DNA of 64,000 bases from Bacteroidales bacterium (GTDB lineage: Bacteria > Bacteroidota > Bacteroidia > Bacteroidales > WCHB1-69). The stretch lies in contig JAFVNW010000018.1 in assembly GCA_017506175.1 (NCBI GenBank), forward strand, positions 1,056 to 65,055, in the 5' to 3' direction. The notes under the pieces were generated by a model that searched no databases, had not been told where the DNA came from, and saw only the letters and a program-made list of their open reading frames with translations. Numbering within the stretch: the stretch's first letter is position 1; every line of letters starts with the position of its first letter. Both the position numbers and the translations under genes were made by a program. This document shows, piece after piece, positions 1 through 10,195 of the stretch.

Positions 1-309
1 CCAAAGTCCTTTGCCGTTCACGTAAACCACGTGACCTTGTGAGCCATCGGCGCACTGAATCGCATACATCTCGCGCCCTGTTTTTGACTTCTCAGGACGG
101 GTTACTTGGGAGAATAGCGCATTGGCCTCTCCCTTATCAACATCCCCATAGCCAGCAGCCTTCAGAATCTGGCGGGCCTTTTCGCATTGCCGGTTGGCTT
201 CGCGCTGCGGCTTCAATCCAAGCGAAACTGCCGATAGCAACATTGCGATGATGATCACTAATCCAGTGATATACAATAATATATATGTGTTTGAAAAGGT
301 TTTGGACAT
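1..309 (-). CDS. nqrC: Na+-translocating NADH:quinone oxidoreductase subunit C, N-terminal part (gene continues beyond window start)
   Basis: Reverse-strand ATG at 307-309 gives MSKTFSNTYILLYITGLVIIIAMLLSAVSLGLKPQREANRQCEKARQILKAAGY...VVYVNGKGLW. This is one N-terminal TM anchor followed by an NqrC-like KGLW region. It lies directly downstream of nqrA-nqrB in the canonical order. Confidence 0.8.
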   Translation of the reverse strand, partial: MSKTFSNTYILLYITGLVIIIAMLLSAVSLGLKPQREANRQCEKARQILKAAGYGDVDKGEANALFSQVTRPEKSKTGREMYAIQCADGSQGHVVYVNGKGLW

Positions 310-321
310 TGGTTTCAAGTG

Positions 322-1476
322 TTATTTTCCAAAGTGCGATTGAATTTTTTTCCTCAATATTCTTTTTTTACGATGGCGGATGTTGAGTTGAATAACGCAA
401 TAATCGATGAGCGGGGCGAAAATATTCATCAGCAGTATGGCCAGCATCATTCCCTCCGGGTAGCCTTTGTTGAGCACGCGGATGACGATGGCTATCGCGC
501 CAATCAGGAAACCGTAGATGTATTTGCCTGATTGCGTGTGTGTTGCGGTTACGGGATCGGTGGCCATGAAAACGGCACCGAAGAGGAATCCGCCTAAGAG
601 CAGGTGCTGCCAACCGAGGATGGGGCACGCGCCGGTTGCGTGGAAAATCGTTCCTGTGAGGAGACCGCCGATGATCACGGAAATCATGATTTTCCAACTG
701 GCTACTTGGGTGTAAATCAATAGGATGGCACCGAGAAGAATCGCAATTTTGGAGGTTTCTCCGAAGCTGCCGGGAATGGTGCCGATGAACAAGCTCCAAT
801 TGCTTGGCAGGACGCTGGTGCTCCCATTCATTACAAGCGACAGCGGTGTGGCGCCGGAAATGACGTCCGCGCTTTGTGAAATCCAAACGGCATCGCCTGA
901 AATTACCGAAGGATAGGCGAAAAAGACGAAGGCGCGCGCCAAAAGTGCTGGGTTGAGGAAGTTGTAGCCGGTTCCACCGAAGACTTCCTTGCCGAACAGA
1001 ACGGCGAAGATGGTGGCCACCGACACAATCCAAAGCGGCACGTCAGGCGGCATAATCATTGGGATCAGGAAGCCGGTCACGAAGAAGCCTTCCGCGATCT
1101 GATGCCCCCGCACCTGAGCGAAAATGGCTTCAACCAACAACCCGCTACCGTAGGTGACAATGACCAGCGGAAGCCATTTAAGAAATCCGTAACCGAATGA
1201 TTGCCAAATGGTTGTGTCTTCTCCGATGGAGAGGAAATGCTGATGGCCCACATTCCACATTCCAAACAGCAATGCCGGAAAGAGCGCAATCATCACCGTA
1301 ATCATAATGCGCTTCATGTCCACGGCATCGCGGATGTGGCTGCCACTTGTCGTTATGGTTTTTGGGGTTAATAAGAAACTGTCAAGGGCGTCGTAGGTAG
1401 AGTACAAAAAATGAAACGGCCTGCCTTTCTCCAGCTTCTTTCCTATTTTATCGCTTAAATTCGTGAAAAATTCCAT
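322..1476 (-). CDS. nqrB: Na+-translocating NADH:quinone oxidoreductase subunit B
   Basis: 384-aa polytopic membrane ORF with NqrB/RnfD-type blocks (GFLIPMIMPPDVPLW, FMATDPVT). It is flanked by nqrA and nqrC. Confidence 0.9.
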   Translation of the reverse strand: MEFFTNLSDKIGKKLEKGRPFHFLYSTYDALDSFLLTPKTITTSGSHIRDAVDMKRIMITVMIALFPALLFGMWNVGHQHFLSIGEDTTIWQSFGYGFLKWLPLVIVTYGSGLLVEAIFAQVRGHQIAEGFFVTGFLIPMIMPPDVPLWIVSVATIFAVLFGKEVFGGTGYNFLNPALLARAFVFFAYPSVISGDAVWISQSADVISGATPLSLVMNGSTSVLPSNWSLFIGTIPGSFGETSKIAILLGAILLIYTQVASWKIMISVIIGGLLTGTIFHATGACPILGWQHLLLGGFLFGAVFMATDPVTATHTQSGKYIYGFLIGAIAIVIRVLNKGYPEGMMLAILLMNIFAPLIDYCVIQLNIRHRKKRILRKKIQSHFGK

Positions 1477-1488
1477 TATCAGTATTAA

Positions 1489-2898
1489 TTAGGCATTATG
1501 GTAGAGTAAAAACAGTCCATCGCGGATGATTTGTTGGCACTCCATTTTGGAAGGACACACCACCTCGCAAAGTGCAAAATCCTCGTCGTCAACCTCGTAG
1601 ATGCCTAATTCCTCCATCTGTTCGATGTCTTGAGTCAGGCAGGCTTTCAGCAGGGATAATGGAATGATTGAGAAGGGGAAAACCTTGTCGTAAACGTCGG
1701 TCATCATGAACGTGCGACGGCCACCGTTGAGGGATGTGTTGTATATCAGGAAGTTGGAGTTGTTTTCTTTGTTGGTGAATTGGGATGGGTAGAGCCATGA
1801 GAGGTATGTGTGCGAGAAGCTCCACTTCCGTAAGCCGGGCAATAGCCATCCGATGATTTCGCGTTCGCCGCCTTCCGCAATGGCTGTCACTTGCGAATCG
1901 TAGAAATGGGTGGCGTTGAATTCCGTCATCTGCTTGCCAGTCAGCACGTTGCCCGCGATGTAGCGGATGTTTTCGGCTCGGAGGGTCGCGTCGTGACGGC
2001 GATGTCGCCGGCTGAAGTGCGACACAACGTTGTTGTTCTTGAGTATTTCGGACAAATCTGCTCCGTAAATCGTTGATATATAGCCTGGCTGCTCCATCTT
2101 GGGACCTGTCAGTGCGATGGTTTTCTCGAAAGAGAGTTCTTTTCTGAGGAAAAATCTGCCGATGGTGACCACATCCTGAGGATGAATGTACCAAACGGTT
2201 TCCCCCTTGTCTATAGGAGCGATTCTATGAATTTGGGTTCCGACGTTTCCAGCGGGATGCGGACCCTTAAAATACTGTATGTCAACGTTTTCTGTCGATT
2301 CAAAGAACGTGTTGTCATCACCTTTGCGTAGGCAGAGATGGATGGGGGAGGGCCCAATGACTTGTTTGAGGATGCAGATGCCCTTTTCCCACTCATCTTT
2401 TTTGCCCTTTAGTAGAATTTTGTAGTCAGGGGCGAGGGGGGAAGAGTCAAAGCAGGAGATGAAGAGTGCTTTCGGTTGTGAATCGGGAGAGGGGATGACG
2501 GAGAAGGGGCGTTGGCGTAAGAATGGCCATAATCCATTTGCCAACAACATTTGTTTCAATGAGTTAGCATCATTCGTTTCGCTGATGTCAACGGGGCGGG
2601 AGGTCTCGGAATTGTCTTTTCGGTCAATGATGATGGCTTCGATGGCGCGTTTTTCACCACGAACGATGGCGCGGACAGTTCCCTCTACGGGCGCGACAAC
2701 AACGATGCGTTCGTCCTCTTTACGGCAGAACAGCGGGGTCCCGATTTTTACGCTATCGCCTTCATTGACAAGTAGTTTGGGTTTTAGCCAGCGAAAATCG
2801 GGCGGACAAACATAATAGGTGTGGGGCGTATGTTGCTCCAGCATCTGCCGTGCGCTGCCCGTCATTTTTATATCCAGACCTCTTCTTATTCGATACAT
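1489..2898 (-). CDS. nqrA: Na+-translocating NADH:quinone oxidoreductase subunit A
   Basis: 469-aa soluble ORF (MYRIRRGLDIKMTGSA...) with NqrA-like length and sequence. It ends 12 nt upstream of nqrB. Confidence 0.9.
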   Translation of the reverse strand: MYRIRRGLDIKMTGSARQMLEQHTPHTYYVCPPDFRWLKPKLLVNEGDSVKIGTPLFCRKEDERIVVVAPVEGTVRAIVRGEKRAIEAIIIDRKDNSETSRPVDISETNDANSLKQMLLANGLWPFLRQRPFSVIPSPDSQPKALFISCFDSSPLAPDYKILLKGKKDEWEKGICILKQVIGPSPIHLCLRKGDDNTFFESTENVDIQYFKGPHPAGNVGTQIHRIAPIDKGETVWYIHPQDVVTIGRFFLRKELSFEKTIALTGPKMEQPGYISTIYGADLSEILKNNNVVSHFSRRHRRHDATLRAENIRYIAGNVLTGKQMTEFNATHFYDSQVTAIAEGGEREIIGWLLPGLRKWSFSHTYLSWLYPSQFTNKENNSNFLIYNTSLNGGRRTFMMTDVYDKVFPFSIIPLSLLKACLTQDIEQMEELGIYEVDDEDFALCEVVCPSKMECQQIIRDGLFLLYHNA

Positions 2899-2942
2899 GT
2901 CAGTAAATACGTTGAGTTCTTTACAATGGTTATTGGGAGAAT

Positions 2943-3377
2943 CTATTTTCCACTACTTCCGAATCCGCCGGCTCCGCGTTCCGTATCGGAAATTTCTGCA
3001 ACTTCCTGCCATTCAACCCGTTCGCAGCGGGCGAAGACCATCTGCGCGATGCGTTCGCCGTTTTTGATTTCGAAAGGCTCGTCGGAAAGGTTGATGAGTA
3101 TCACCTTGATCTCGCCTCTGTAGTCGGCGTCGATGGTGCCGGGCGAATTGAGGACGGTGATACCGTGTTTGATGGCGAGGCCGCTGCGGGGACGCACTTG
3201 AGCCTCGTAGCCTTCGGGGATTTCCAGAAAATAGCCTGTGGGCACGAGAACGCGCTGCATCGGCTTGACTATCATAGAGTCGGTGAGATTCGCGTACAAA
3301 TCCACTCCTGCGGAAAGACGGGTCGCATATTTCGGGAGCGGATTGGCGGATTGATTGGATATTTTACAAATCATCAT
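2943..3377 (-). CDS. dut: dUTP diphosphatase
   Basis: Contains [27 protein letters not shown] and GERIAQMV...[10 protein letters not shown] motifs. The track ORF was trimmed to the internal Met (MMICKISNQ...), giving the usual ~144 aa. Confidence 0.9.
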   Translation of the reverse strand: MMICKISNQSANPLPKYATRLSAGVDLYANLTDSMIVKPMQRVLVPTGYFLEIPEGYEAQVRPRSGLAIKHGITVLNSPGTIDADYRGEIKVILINLSDEPFEIKNGERIAQMVFARCERVEWQEVAEISDTERGAGGFGSSGK

Positions 3378-3398
3378 TCCAATTATTAAAAACGGCTG

Positions 3399-3406
3399 CA
3401 AAGTTA
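3399..3406 (-). promoter_or_regulatory. Bacteroidota -7 promoter box (TAACTTTG on minus strand) upstream of dut
   Basis: Plus strand reads CAAAGTTA, the reverse complement of the TAnnTTTG consensus. It lies about 22 nt upstream of the dut ATG. Confidence 0.5.
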
Positions 3407-3538
3407 CGATATATTTTCGTTTGTATGGCAAAAAGAGGATGGAATGTGTCATTCCCGCGTTAAAAAACCATACTCTTTCCTGCATGTGTCCATGCCAAAG
3501 TCCAACACTTTTTGTACTTTTGCGCACAATTTTTAGCA

Positions 3539-3985
3539 ATGAAAAACAGTAGTCTTGACATCTTCTCCTCCATCACCAACGAGCAGTTGGAACGCGTATT
3601 CATTGAGTCGGGCGTGAAGGCGGGGTTCCCCATCCCTTCCGGAGACGAAATCTCCCAAAGCCTTGATCTGAACAAGGTCCTGGTCAGCCATCCGGCTGCC
3701 ACCTTCTATGCGCGCGTGGTGGGGAACTCTATGATTGACGCAGGCGTGGAGGAGGGCGACATCCTTGTCATTGACCGCGCACTCGAACCCAAAAACGGCA
3801 GTATGGCCGTCTGCTACATCGATGGCGAGTTCACCCTCAAATTCATCAACCTCGATGAAAAGGAGAAAGGCGTCATCTGGCTCTGCCCCGCCAACGAGCA
3901 GTTCCCTCCCATCAGAATAACTCCCGACAACGACTTCACCGTCTGGGGCATCGTCAGCTACACCATTAAATGCCGGTTGAAATAG
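3539..3985 (+). CDS. umuD: UmuD-like S24 peptidase (translesion synthesis accessory protein)
   Basis: Has an Ala-Gly self-cleavage site (VKAG/FP), the Ser motif GNSM and Lys in EFTLKF, all collinear with E. coli UmuD. There is no N-terminal HTH. Start trimmed to MKNSS. Confidence 0.85.
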   Translation: MKNSSLDIFSSITNEQLERVFIESGVKAGFPIPSGDEISQSLDLNKVLVSHPAATFYARVVGNSMIDAGVEEGDILVIDRALEPKNGSMAVCYIDGEFTLKFINLDEKEKGVIWLCPANEQFPPIRITPDNDFTVWGIVSYTIKCRLK

Positions 3986-3987
3986 GT

Positions 3988-5250
3988 ATGTATGCCCTCG
4001 TCGATTGCAACAACTTCTTTGTCAGTGCAGAGCGGGTTTTCCGGCCCGATTTGCGCGACAAGCCCGTTTGTGTGCTGAGCAACAACGATGGCTGCATCGT
4101 GGCGTTGTCGAACGAGGCGAAGGCCATCGGTTTGCGGAGGGGGGCGCCGGTTTTCAAAGTGCAGGAGATAATCCGCCGCTACGATGTGACGCTTTTCTCC
4201 TCCAACTTTTCGCTTTATGCAGGGATGTCGTCGAGGGTGATGCGTGTGCTCTCGGATGCCTATCCGGGCATTGAAATCTATTCCATCGATGAGGCTTTCC
4301 TGTCGTTGGATGGGATTCCGGACGAGGAAATCGAGCCCCGGATGCGGATGTTGCGGCAGCAGATTAAGAAGTGGACCGGCATTCCAGTCAGCATCGGGGT
4401 TTCGGCGACCAAGACCTTGGCGAAAGTGGCAGGATATTACGCCAAGAAGTTCGCCGGCTACAAGGGTGTCTGCCTCATCAACACCGAGCGGAAACGCGAG
4501 GTGGCGCTGCAGCGGCTTCCGATTGAGGAGGTGTGGGGTATCGGCCGTAGATATTCTAAGAAGTTGATGGATAGCAATATAGGAAGTGCGTGGGACTTTA
4601 CGCAGATGTCGGAGATGTGGATTCGGAAGAATTTTTCCATCAATGGTGTGAAAACGCGTAAGGAGTTGATGGGGATTCCTTGTATGGAGGCTTCCGAAGT
4701 GGAAGCGAAGCAGAGCATCTGCACCAGCAGCTCGTTCGGGGAGATGGTGGAAAGCAAGGAGGAATTGCTCTCCTCTATCGTGCATTTCACCTCAGCTTGC
4801 GCCCAGAAATTGCGCAAGCAGCATACGGTCGCCAACCTGCTCTCCATTTTTATCACGACCAATCGCTTTAATATCGACCAGCCTCAGTATAAGCAGTTTG
4901 CAACAGCCCAACTCATCACCGCCACCGCTGATACTGCTGAACTGATTCGTTACGCCCGGCAGTTGCTCAACCAGATTTACCGCCCTGGATTCATGTATAA
5001 GAAGGCGGGAGTCATCGTTTCGGGTATCGTTGACGATGTGGCTATACAGCAGAATATTTTTGACACCATCGACAACCGCGACAAACGGCAGCAGCTTTTT
5101 CAGACCATAGATAGAATTAATGCGGTGAATGGTGGTGGCACGGTGCAATTCGCGATTGCCGACAGGGAGAAAAGTCATTGGGCAACCCGCAGGGAGCACC
5201 GCAGCCGGAACTACTTGAGCGACATCAACGAGTTGATGGAAGTGAAGTGA
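3988..5250 (+). CDS. umuC: Y-family DNA polymerase V catalytic subunit (UmuC-like)
   Basis: MYALVDCNNFFVSAERVFRPDLRDKPVCVLSNNDGCIVA... is a typical UmuC N-terminus. The ATG lies 3 nt after the umuD stop. Confidence 0.9.
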   Translation: MYALVDCNNFFVSAERVFRPDLRDKPVCVLSNNDGCIVALSNEAKAIGLRRGAPVFKVQEIIRRYDVTLFSSNFSLYAGMSSRVMRVLSDAYPGIEIYSIDEAFLSLDGIPDEEIEPRMRMLRQQIKKWTGIPVSIGVSATKTLAKVAGYYAKKFAGYKGVCLINTERKREVALQRLPIEEVWGIGRRYSKKLMDSNIGSAWDFTQMSEMWIRKNFSINGVKTRKELMGIPCMEASEVEAKQSICTSSSFGEMVESKEELLSSIVHFTSACAQKLRKQHTVANLLSIFITTNRFNIDQPQYKQFATAQLITATADTAELIRYARQLLNQIYRPGFMYKKAGVIVSGIVDDVAIQQNIFDTIDNRDKRQQLFQTIDRINAVNGGGTVQFAIADREKSHWATRREHRSRNYLSDINELMEVK

Positions 5251-5263
5251 AATGCAGACAAAA

Positions 5264-5295
5264 AAAGAGGCGTCTCGTTTGGGAGATGCCTCTTT
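5264..5295. terminator. Bidirectional hairpin terminator between convergent umuC and the DUF2723-type gene
   Basis: AAAGAGGCGTCTC / GTTTGG loop / GAGATGCCTCTTT forms a 13-bp stem with one G-U pair. It is flanked by an A-run on one side and T-rich sequence on the other. Confidence 0.7.
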
Positions 5296-5314
5296 GTATA
5301 GGATTGAGAATCTG

Positions 5315-8300
5315 TTATTTCCCAGTGAGTATCCTGCTTCTTTCGTTAAAAGTGGCTGAGATTCGCATGGCTCGTTGGGCGAGGGCCTGATCTTTGCCTT
5401 TCGCCAAAACGGCGGCGATACGGTCGAAGCTGGCCAATTCCTGACCGAATTCGTTGTACAGCTTTTGAATATTGTTGTCGAAGTCGGTACGGCGTGCGAT
5501 TTTCTGTTCCTGCGTCAGCTGGGCATCGTTGTTGATCTCGCTTATTGTACTGGAGTAGTTGTTGATCATGCTCTCCAATGAGCCCATATATTGACCGAGT
5601 TTCCTTTCCGCATTGTCGCAGAATGTGGAGGCGGTCTTTTGCATGGGCAGTGATTTCAAATCGCATTTATCGGCCAATGTGGGCAGGAATTGTTCATAGA
5701 TGAGCGTGAGGTTCTCCTCGTGGAATTTGCGGGTCTTCTCATCCGTCTTTTCGTAGAATTCCAGTTCTGCGCGGATATGGCCGACAATGATTTCACGGAC
5801 TTTCTGAGCCTTTTGCTCCAAAGCGGCATCATCCAGCAAATGTTCTGTATCGGCTTCGCGGATTGCATCGTACAAGTCGGCCAACGCGATATTTCGAACC
5901 GTGTAATAGGGATAATGGACGTTCTTGTACGGAATCAGGTTGTCGGGCATCAGCTTCTGTTGGTGGTCAAGAACGGCTTCGGCATGTTGCAGCTTGTAAA
6001 TCCGGTCTTTCGCAGGGAGGGTTGTATCACGTTGATATTCGGCAATCAGCTGTTTCGCCAATGTCTGGTGCATTCCCTGGATGGTCACGCATACGCGGAT
6101 ATTGTCCTCGCAGTTATAGACACGCGGGTCGTTCAGACCGCCCCATTGGTATTCGTAGGGAGTGTCCTTCGCATTCGGGTTCTTCACTTTGTCGGCGCGC
6201 TGATGGTTGTCGAACACATCCATCACGTGATGGTAGAGGATGTCGGTGTCGGCATTTTTCTTGCGGATCATCGGAACCAGACGATAGGCGAAGCCCTCGT
6301 CTTGCAGGTAGTCGTCCAGTCCGAAGAACTCGTCGGTGGTCTTGGCAAAGTAAATCGGGCGGTTCCAGTCGTTGGTGGCGAGAATGTCCATCATGATGAG
6401 GAAGGCGCGGGAGATTTGGGTGCCTTTGGAAATCCAGACAAGGCTATCCACGATTGCGCGGGAGTTCTCTGGGGTCACTGTGCCGTTTTTCAGCACCTTC
6501 TCCTTATCTACGGTAAGATAAAAGCGGTTGGTGATGTCTTGTGCAATGGCGCCAACGTTGTAACCGTTGGCTTGTAGGCCGGCATTGATCGACTGGGTGG
6601 AGGCGATGATTTTCTTGCTATTGAGGCTTGGGTCTTTAATCAGTTCCATGACCTGTTTGATGTCAGTGGGGGTGGAGCTGGCGTTCGCCTGTTGGAAGAT
6701 GATCATGTCGCGCACACCGTCGTGGTATTGGTCCCAAGTCATGGAGATTGGAAGCGGTTCCGACTCGTAGGCTTTCCGCTTCATCTGATCTACGTACCAG
6801 CCGGCGTTGAGCAGTGAGAGGTTGCAGACGCGCACGTCGGTGCGGTAGCCCTCCACCTCTTGGGCGTACCAGAGTGGGAAGGTGTCGTTGTCGCCCATGG
6901 TAAAGATGATGGCGTTCGGGGCGCAGGAGTCGAGGTAGGCTTTCGCAGTTGCCAGAGCGGTATAGCGGTTGGAACGGTCGTGGTCATCCCAGTTTTGGCT
7001 GGCCATCAGGCAGGGGACTAGCCCGGTGCAAATGAGGGTGATGAGGACAGGAGCCAGAATCTGCACGCCTTTGTTCTTGACTTTTTCAAACAATGAATAG
7101 ATGGCATAGACGCCGAAGCCCACCCAGATGGAGAAGGCGTAGAACGAGGCGGCGAAGGCGTAGTCCCTTTCGCGCGGCTGAAATGCGTACATATTTAAAT
7201 AGAACGAAATGGCGAGGCCGGTCATCAGGAACAGCAGGAACACGATGAAGGAGTTTTTCGTGTCGCGCATCGTGTAGAAGATGGCGCCAATCAAGCCGAG
7301 CAGCAGAGGCAGCATGTAGTATTTGTTCGTGCCTTTGCTTGCCATGGAGGCGATGCCCTCGGGTTGTTCGCCGAGGAAGGCTTTGTCAATGAACGGGATA
7401 CCAGTTATCCAGTTGCCGTCCAGTTCGCCGCCCATACCCTGGGTGTCGTTCTGACGGCCGGAGAAGTTCCACATAAAGTAGCGGAGGTACATGTAACCGA
7501 ATTGGTAGCGGTGCATGAATCGGATGTTTTCCTGATAGTTCGGGTGGCGGCGCAGCATTTTTTCGCCGGCCTTTTCATCGCCTGGATACGTCCATTCCGC
7601 GTAAGTCTTGGTGTGTTTCTCGTCGCCGTCATACATTCGAGGCATGAAACGCATATCGCCTGGGTGGTATTTCGGTTCCTCTTTGTCCGCAATCGGAATG
7701 TATTTCCCCATCTTTTCGTCTTTTACGAAAACCTTGCCCTTGTTTTCCATTTTAGTAATACGGGAGTGATAGGTCGGTCCGTACAGGAAGGGGGTCTTGC
7801 CGTATTGGTCGCGGTTGAGGTAGGCAAGGAGGGATACGGCGTCTTCGGGGTTGTTCTCGTCGATGGTCGGGTTGGCATTGGAGCGGATGACGAGGATGAA
7901 GAAGGTAGAGTAGCCGATGAGCAGGAAGAGGAGGCAGTAAGTGCCGGCCAGCAGGAGTTGTTTTCTTCTTTTATAGCCGAACCACAAGCCTGTGAAAATG
8001 AGGGCGGCGACCAGTGCGAAGAAGATGAATGTGCCGCTGTTGAACGGCAAGCCGAATGTGTTGACGAAGAACTGTTCGAAGTGGCCGGCGAGGCTGACAA
8101 TCATCGGGATGATGCCCCAGAGGACGAGGCCGACGATGACGAAGGCGCCGCCGAGTGCGAGCAGCACGCCCCATTCGGCGCCGGAGCGGAAGGTGTCGTG
8201 CTTGTAGCAGACCACCGCCAGCGGTATAGTAATGAACGCCCAGATGGCCAGCATTGCCAGAACCGGAAAGAAGAAGGCGGCGAAGAACGAGAGGATGCAT

Positions 8301-8980
8301 ACCGTGAGCGCAACGCCATAAACAGAGGCCTTTTTCGACAGTTTGAAATAAACGATGAGGACGACGGCCGGAATGGTCAGCAGGTTCAGCAGGTGAACTC
8401 CGATGGATAGGCCGATGAGGTAGGCGATAAGGACAATCCAGCGGTTGGGGTTGGTGTCCGGCTTGGGATTGTCGTATTCGAAGTCCCATTTCAGGATGCA
8501 CCAGAAGACGAGGGCGGTGAAGAACGATGACATGGCATATACTTCGCCTTCGACGGCTGAGAACCAGAACGTGTCGGAGAATGTGTATGTCAGGCCGCCC
8601 ACCAAAGCGGAGCCGAAGATGGCGAGGGCTTTGCCGGTGGTGAGTTCACCACTCTTGGCGACGAGCTTTCTGCCCAGCATGGTGATGGTCCAGAAGAGGA
8701 ACATAATGGTCAGACCGCTGCAGATGGCTGACATGCAGTTCACGCAGAAGGCGACTTTGGTCACGTCGCCGCCGGCGAACATGGAGAAGATTCGGGCGAT
8801 GAGCTGGAATGTGGGTGCTCCGGGCGGATGCCCCACCAAAAGTTTGAAACCGGTGGAAACGTACTCCCCGCAATCCCACCAAGAACCGGTCGGCTCGGCC
8901 GTCATGATGTACACCGCTGACGCAAAAATGCCGATGAGCCATCCTAAAATGTTGTTGATTAGCTTGTAATTTTTAGTCAT
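5315..8980 (-). CDS. Large polytopic membrane protein, DUF2723/glycosyltransferase-C-like N-terminus with a long soluble C-terminal region
   Basis: 1221-aa ORF. The N-terminal ~650 aa have many TM segments and start MTKNYKLINNILGWLIGIFASAVYIMTAEPTGSWWDCGEYV, as in Bacteroidota DUF2723 proteins. The C-terminal ~550 aa are hydrophilic. Confidence 0.7.
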   Translation of the reverse strand: MTKNYKLINNILGWLIGIFASAVYIMTAEPTGSWWDCGEYVSTGFKLLVGHPPGAPTFQLIARIFSMFAGGDVTKVAFCVNCMSAICSGLTIMFLFWTITMLGRKLVAKSGELTTGKALAIFGSALVGGLTYTFSDTFWFSAVEGEVYAMSSFFTALVFWCILKWDFEYDNPKPDTNPNRWIVLIAYLIGLSIGVHLLNLLTIPAVVLIVYFKLSKKASVYGVALTVCILSFFAAFFFPVLAMLAIWAFITIPLAVVCYKHDTFRSGAEWGVLLALGGAFVIVGLVLWGIIPMIVSLAGHFEQFFVNTFGLPFNSGTFIFFALVAALIFTGLWFGYKRRKQLLLAGTYCLLFLLIGYSTFFILVIRSNANPTIDENNPEDAVSLLAYLNRDQYGKTPFLYGPTYHSRITKMENKGKVFVKDEKMGKYIPIADKEEPKYHPGDMRFMPRMYDGDEKHTKTYAEWTYPGDEKAGEKMLRRHPNYQENIRFMHRYQFGYMYLRYFMWNFSGRQNDTQGMGGELDGNWITGIPFIDKAFLGEQPEGIASMASKGTNKYYMLPLLLGLIGAIFYTMRDTKNSFIVFLLFLMTGLAISFYLNMYAFQPRERDYAFAASFYAFSIWVGFGVYAIYSLFEKVKNKGVQILAPVLITLICTGLVPCLMASQNWDDHDRSNRYTALATAKAYLDSCAPNAIIFTMGDNDTFPLWYAQEVEGYRTDVRVCNLSLLNAGWYVDQMKRKAYESEPLPISMTWDQYHDGVRDMIIFQQANASSTPTDIKQVMELIKDPSLNSKKIIASTQSINAGLQANGYNVGAIAQDITNRFYLTVDKEKVLKNGTVTPENSRAIVDSLVWISKGTQISRAFLIMMDILATNDWNRPIYFAKTTDEFFGLDDYLQDEGFAYRLVPMIRKKNADTDILYHHVMDVFDNHQRADKVKNPNAKDTPYEYQWGGLNDPRVYNCEDNIRVCVTIQGMHQTLAKQLIAEYQRDTTLPAKDRIYKLQHAEAVLDHQQKLMPDNLIPYKNVHYPYYTVRNIALADLYDAIREADTEHLLDDAALEQKAQKVREIIVGHIRAELEFYEKTDEKTRKFHEENLTLIYEQFLPTLADKCDLKSLPMQKTASTFCDNAERKLGQYMGSLESMINNYSSTISEINNDAQLTQEQKIARRTDFDNNIQKLYNEFGQELASFDRIAAVLAKGKDQALAQRAMRISATFNERSRILTGK

Positions 8981-9175
8981 TACGCTTGATTTTAATTGTT
9001 TTTGGAGATATTATAATTGCCTTTTTCGATATAATATATTGATAAACAATAAAATAAATTTGAATATTCTATTGCAAAATCCAACTGCAAATTTATAATA
9101 AAAAATCAGAATTTGGAATTTTTGTCTTATTTTTGCAGCCGTTTTTTTTGAGATTAATATTGAGAAAAATAATAG

Positions 9176-10195
9176 ATGAATAAATATCTTTTGGGAATCC
9201 TTCCCATCCTCCTCGCGACCCTTCTGCTGCCCTCGTGCAGCAAGGATTTTGACTCCAATGCGCCCTACGCGGACGTCACTATCGTTTATGGAGTCTTAGA
9301 CGCTGATCAATCAACCAATTATATCAAAATCTATCGTGGATTCTTGACGGAGGACGATGCCTATCAGGCCGCCACCATCTACGATTCGCTCTATTATTTC
9401 GATAAAATAAAAGTGGAGTTGGAGGAGTATGTGGCTAATCGATTGACCCATTCTTGGGAACTGGACACCACCACGCAAATCCCGCGCGAAGATGGCGATT
9501 TTACAACAAAACAACTGCTTTATGTTGTGCCGCAACCCCTTAGTGAATCTGCCACCTACAAACTGGTCATCACCAACAAGGAGACTGGTCGCGTGGTGCG
9601 GGCCACTACGAGCATCGTGGGACATTTCGAAGTGGACCAGCACATGGCTCACCTGTTGAACATGAAAATCCCCTCTCGTACCGCGTTCAAATTTACACTT
9701 CCCGACAACGGCGCTTCCTACCAGGTCTATCAGGTGTTCCACTATATTGAGCGGAGCAAGTCCACTGGAATCGAAGTCAGGAAAAGCTTCCGTCGCCAAT
9801 TGGTTTCCGGCAATCTTACGTCCAATGAGAATGTGCAGTATGTCCCCGCTACGCTTTATAACGCCATTGCCAGCAACGTGGAGGAAGATCCGTCAGTGGA
9901 CCGCTACATCACGGTTGATTCCTGCATTCAGTTTGAAGTATGGGCGGTGAACGAGCCGATGAGGAACTATGTGATTGCCAATTCCACTACCGGCAGCGTG
10001 GTGACCGACCGCCTGAACTATACGAATGTGGAATGCGAAGACGGCCACACCGCCGGTATATTCGCCTCCCGCCGCTACGCCACCTCGTGGCACGGGATGA
10101 ATACCGAATCTCAGGAGGAATTGAAGAGCGGCAGCACCACCGGCCACCTCGGGTTCCATACCGCTGCCGAATACCTGCAATTACACGGATATTGA
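9176..10195 (+). CDS. Lipoprotein of unknown function (possibly DUF4249-like)
   Basis: Signal peptide plus lipobox (LLLPSC). 339 aa. The stop overlaps the next ATG (ATGA). Confidence 0.6.
   Translation: MNKYLLGILPILLATLLLPSCSKDFDSNAPYADVTIVYGVLDADQSTNYIKIYRGFLTEDDAYQAATIYDSLYYFDKIKVELEEYVANRLTHSWELDTTTQIPREDGDFTTKQLLYVVPQPLSESATYKLVITNKETGRVVRATTSIVGHFEVDQHMAHLLNMKIPSRTAFKFTLPDNGASYQVYQVFHYIERSKSTGIEVRKSFRRQLVSGNLTSNENVQYVPATLYNAIASNVEEDPSVDRYITVDSCIQFEVWAVNEPMRNYVIANSTTGSVVTDRLNYTNVECEDGHTAGIFASRRYATSWHGMNTESQEELKSGSTTGHLGFHTAAEYLQLHGY

Noticed and set aside
368-2194. Alternative-frame ORFs inside nqrB and nqrA (368-1033, 1589-2194 and others)
   Set aside because: They are Arg/His/Pro-rich out-of-frame translations of confidently identified nqr genes.
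5690-8410. Several 170-350-aa plus-strand ORFs (5690-6577, 5863-6396, 7364-8410)
   Set aside because: All lie antisense or out of frame inside the 1221-aa DUF2723-type gene, and none has recognisable features.
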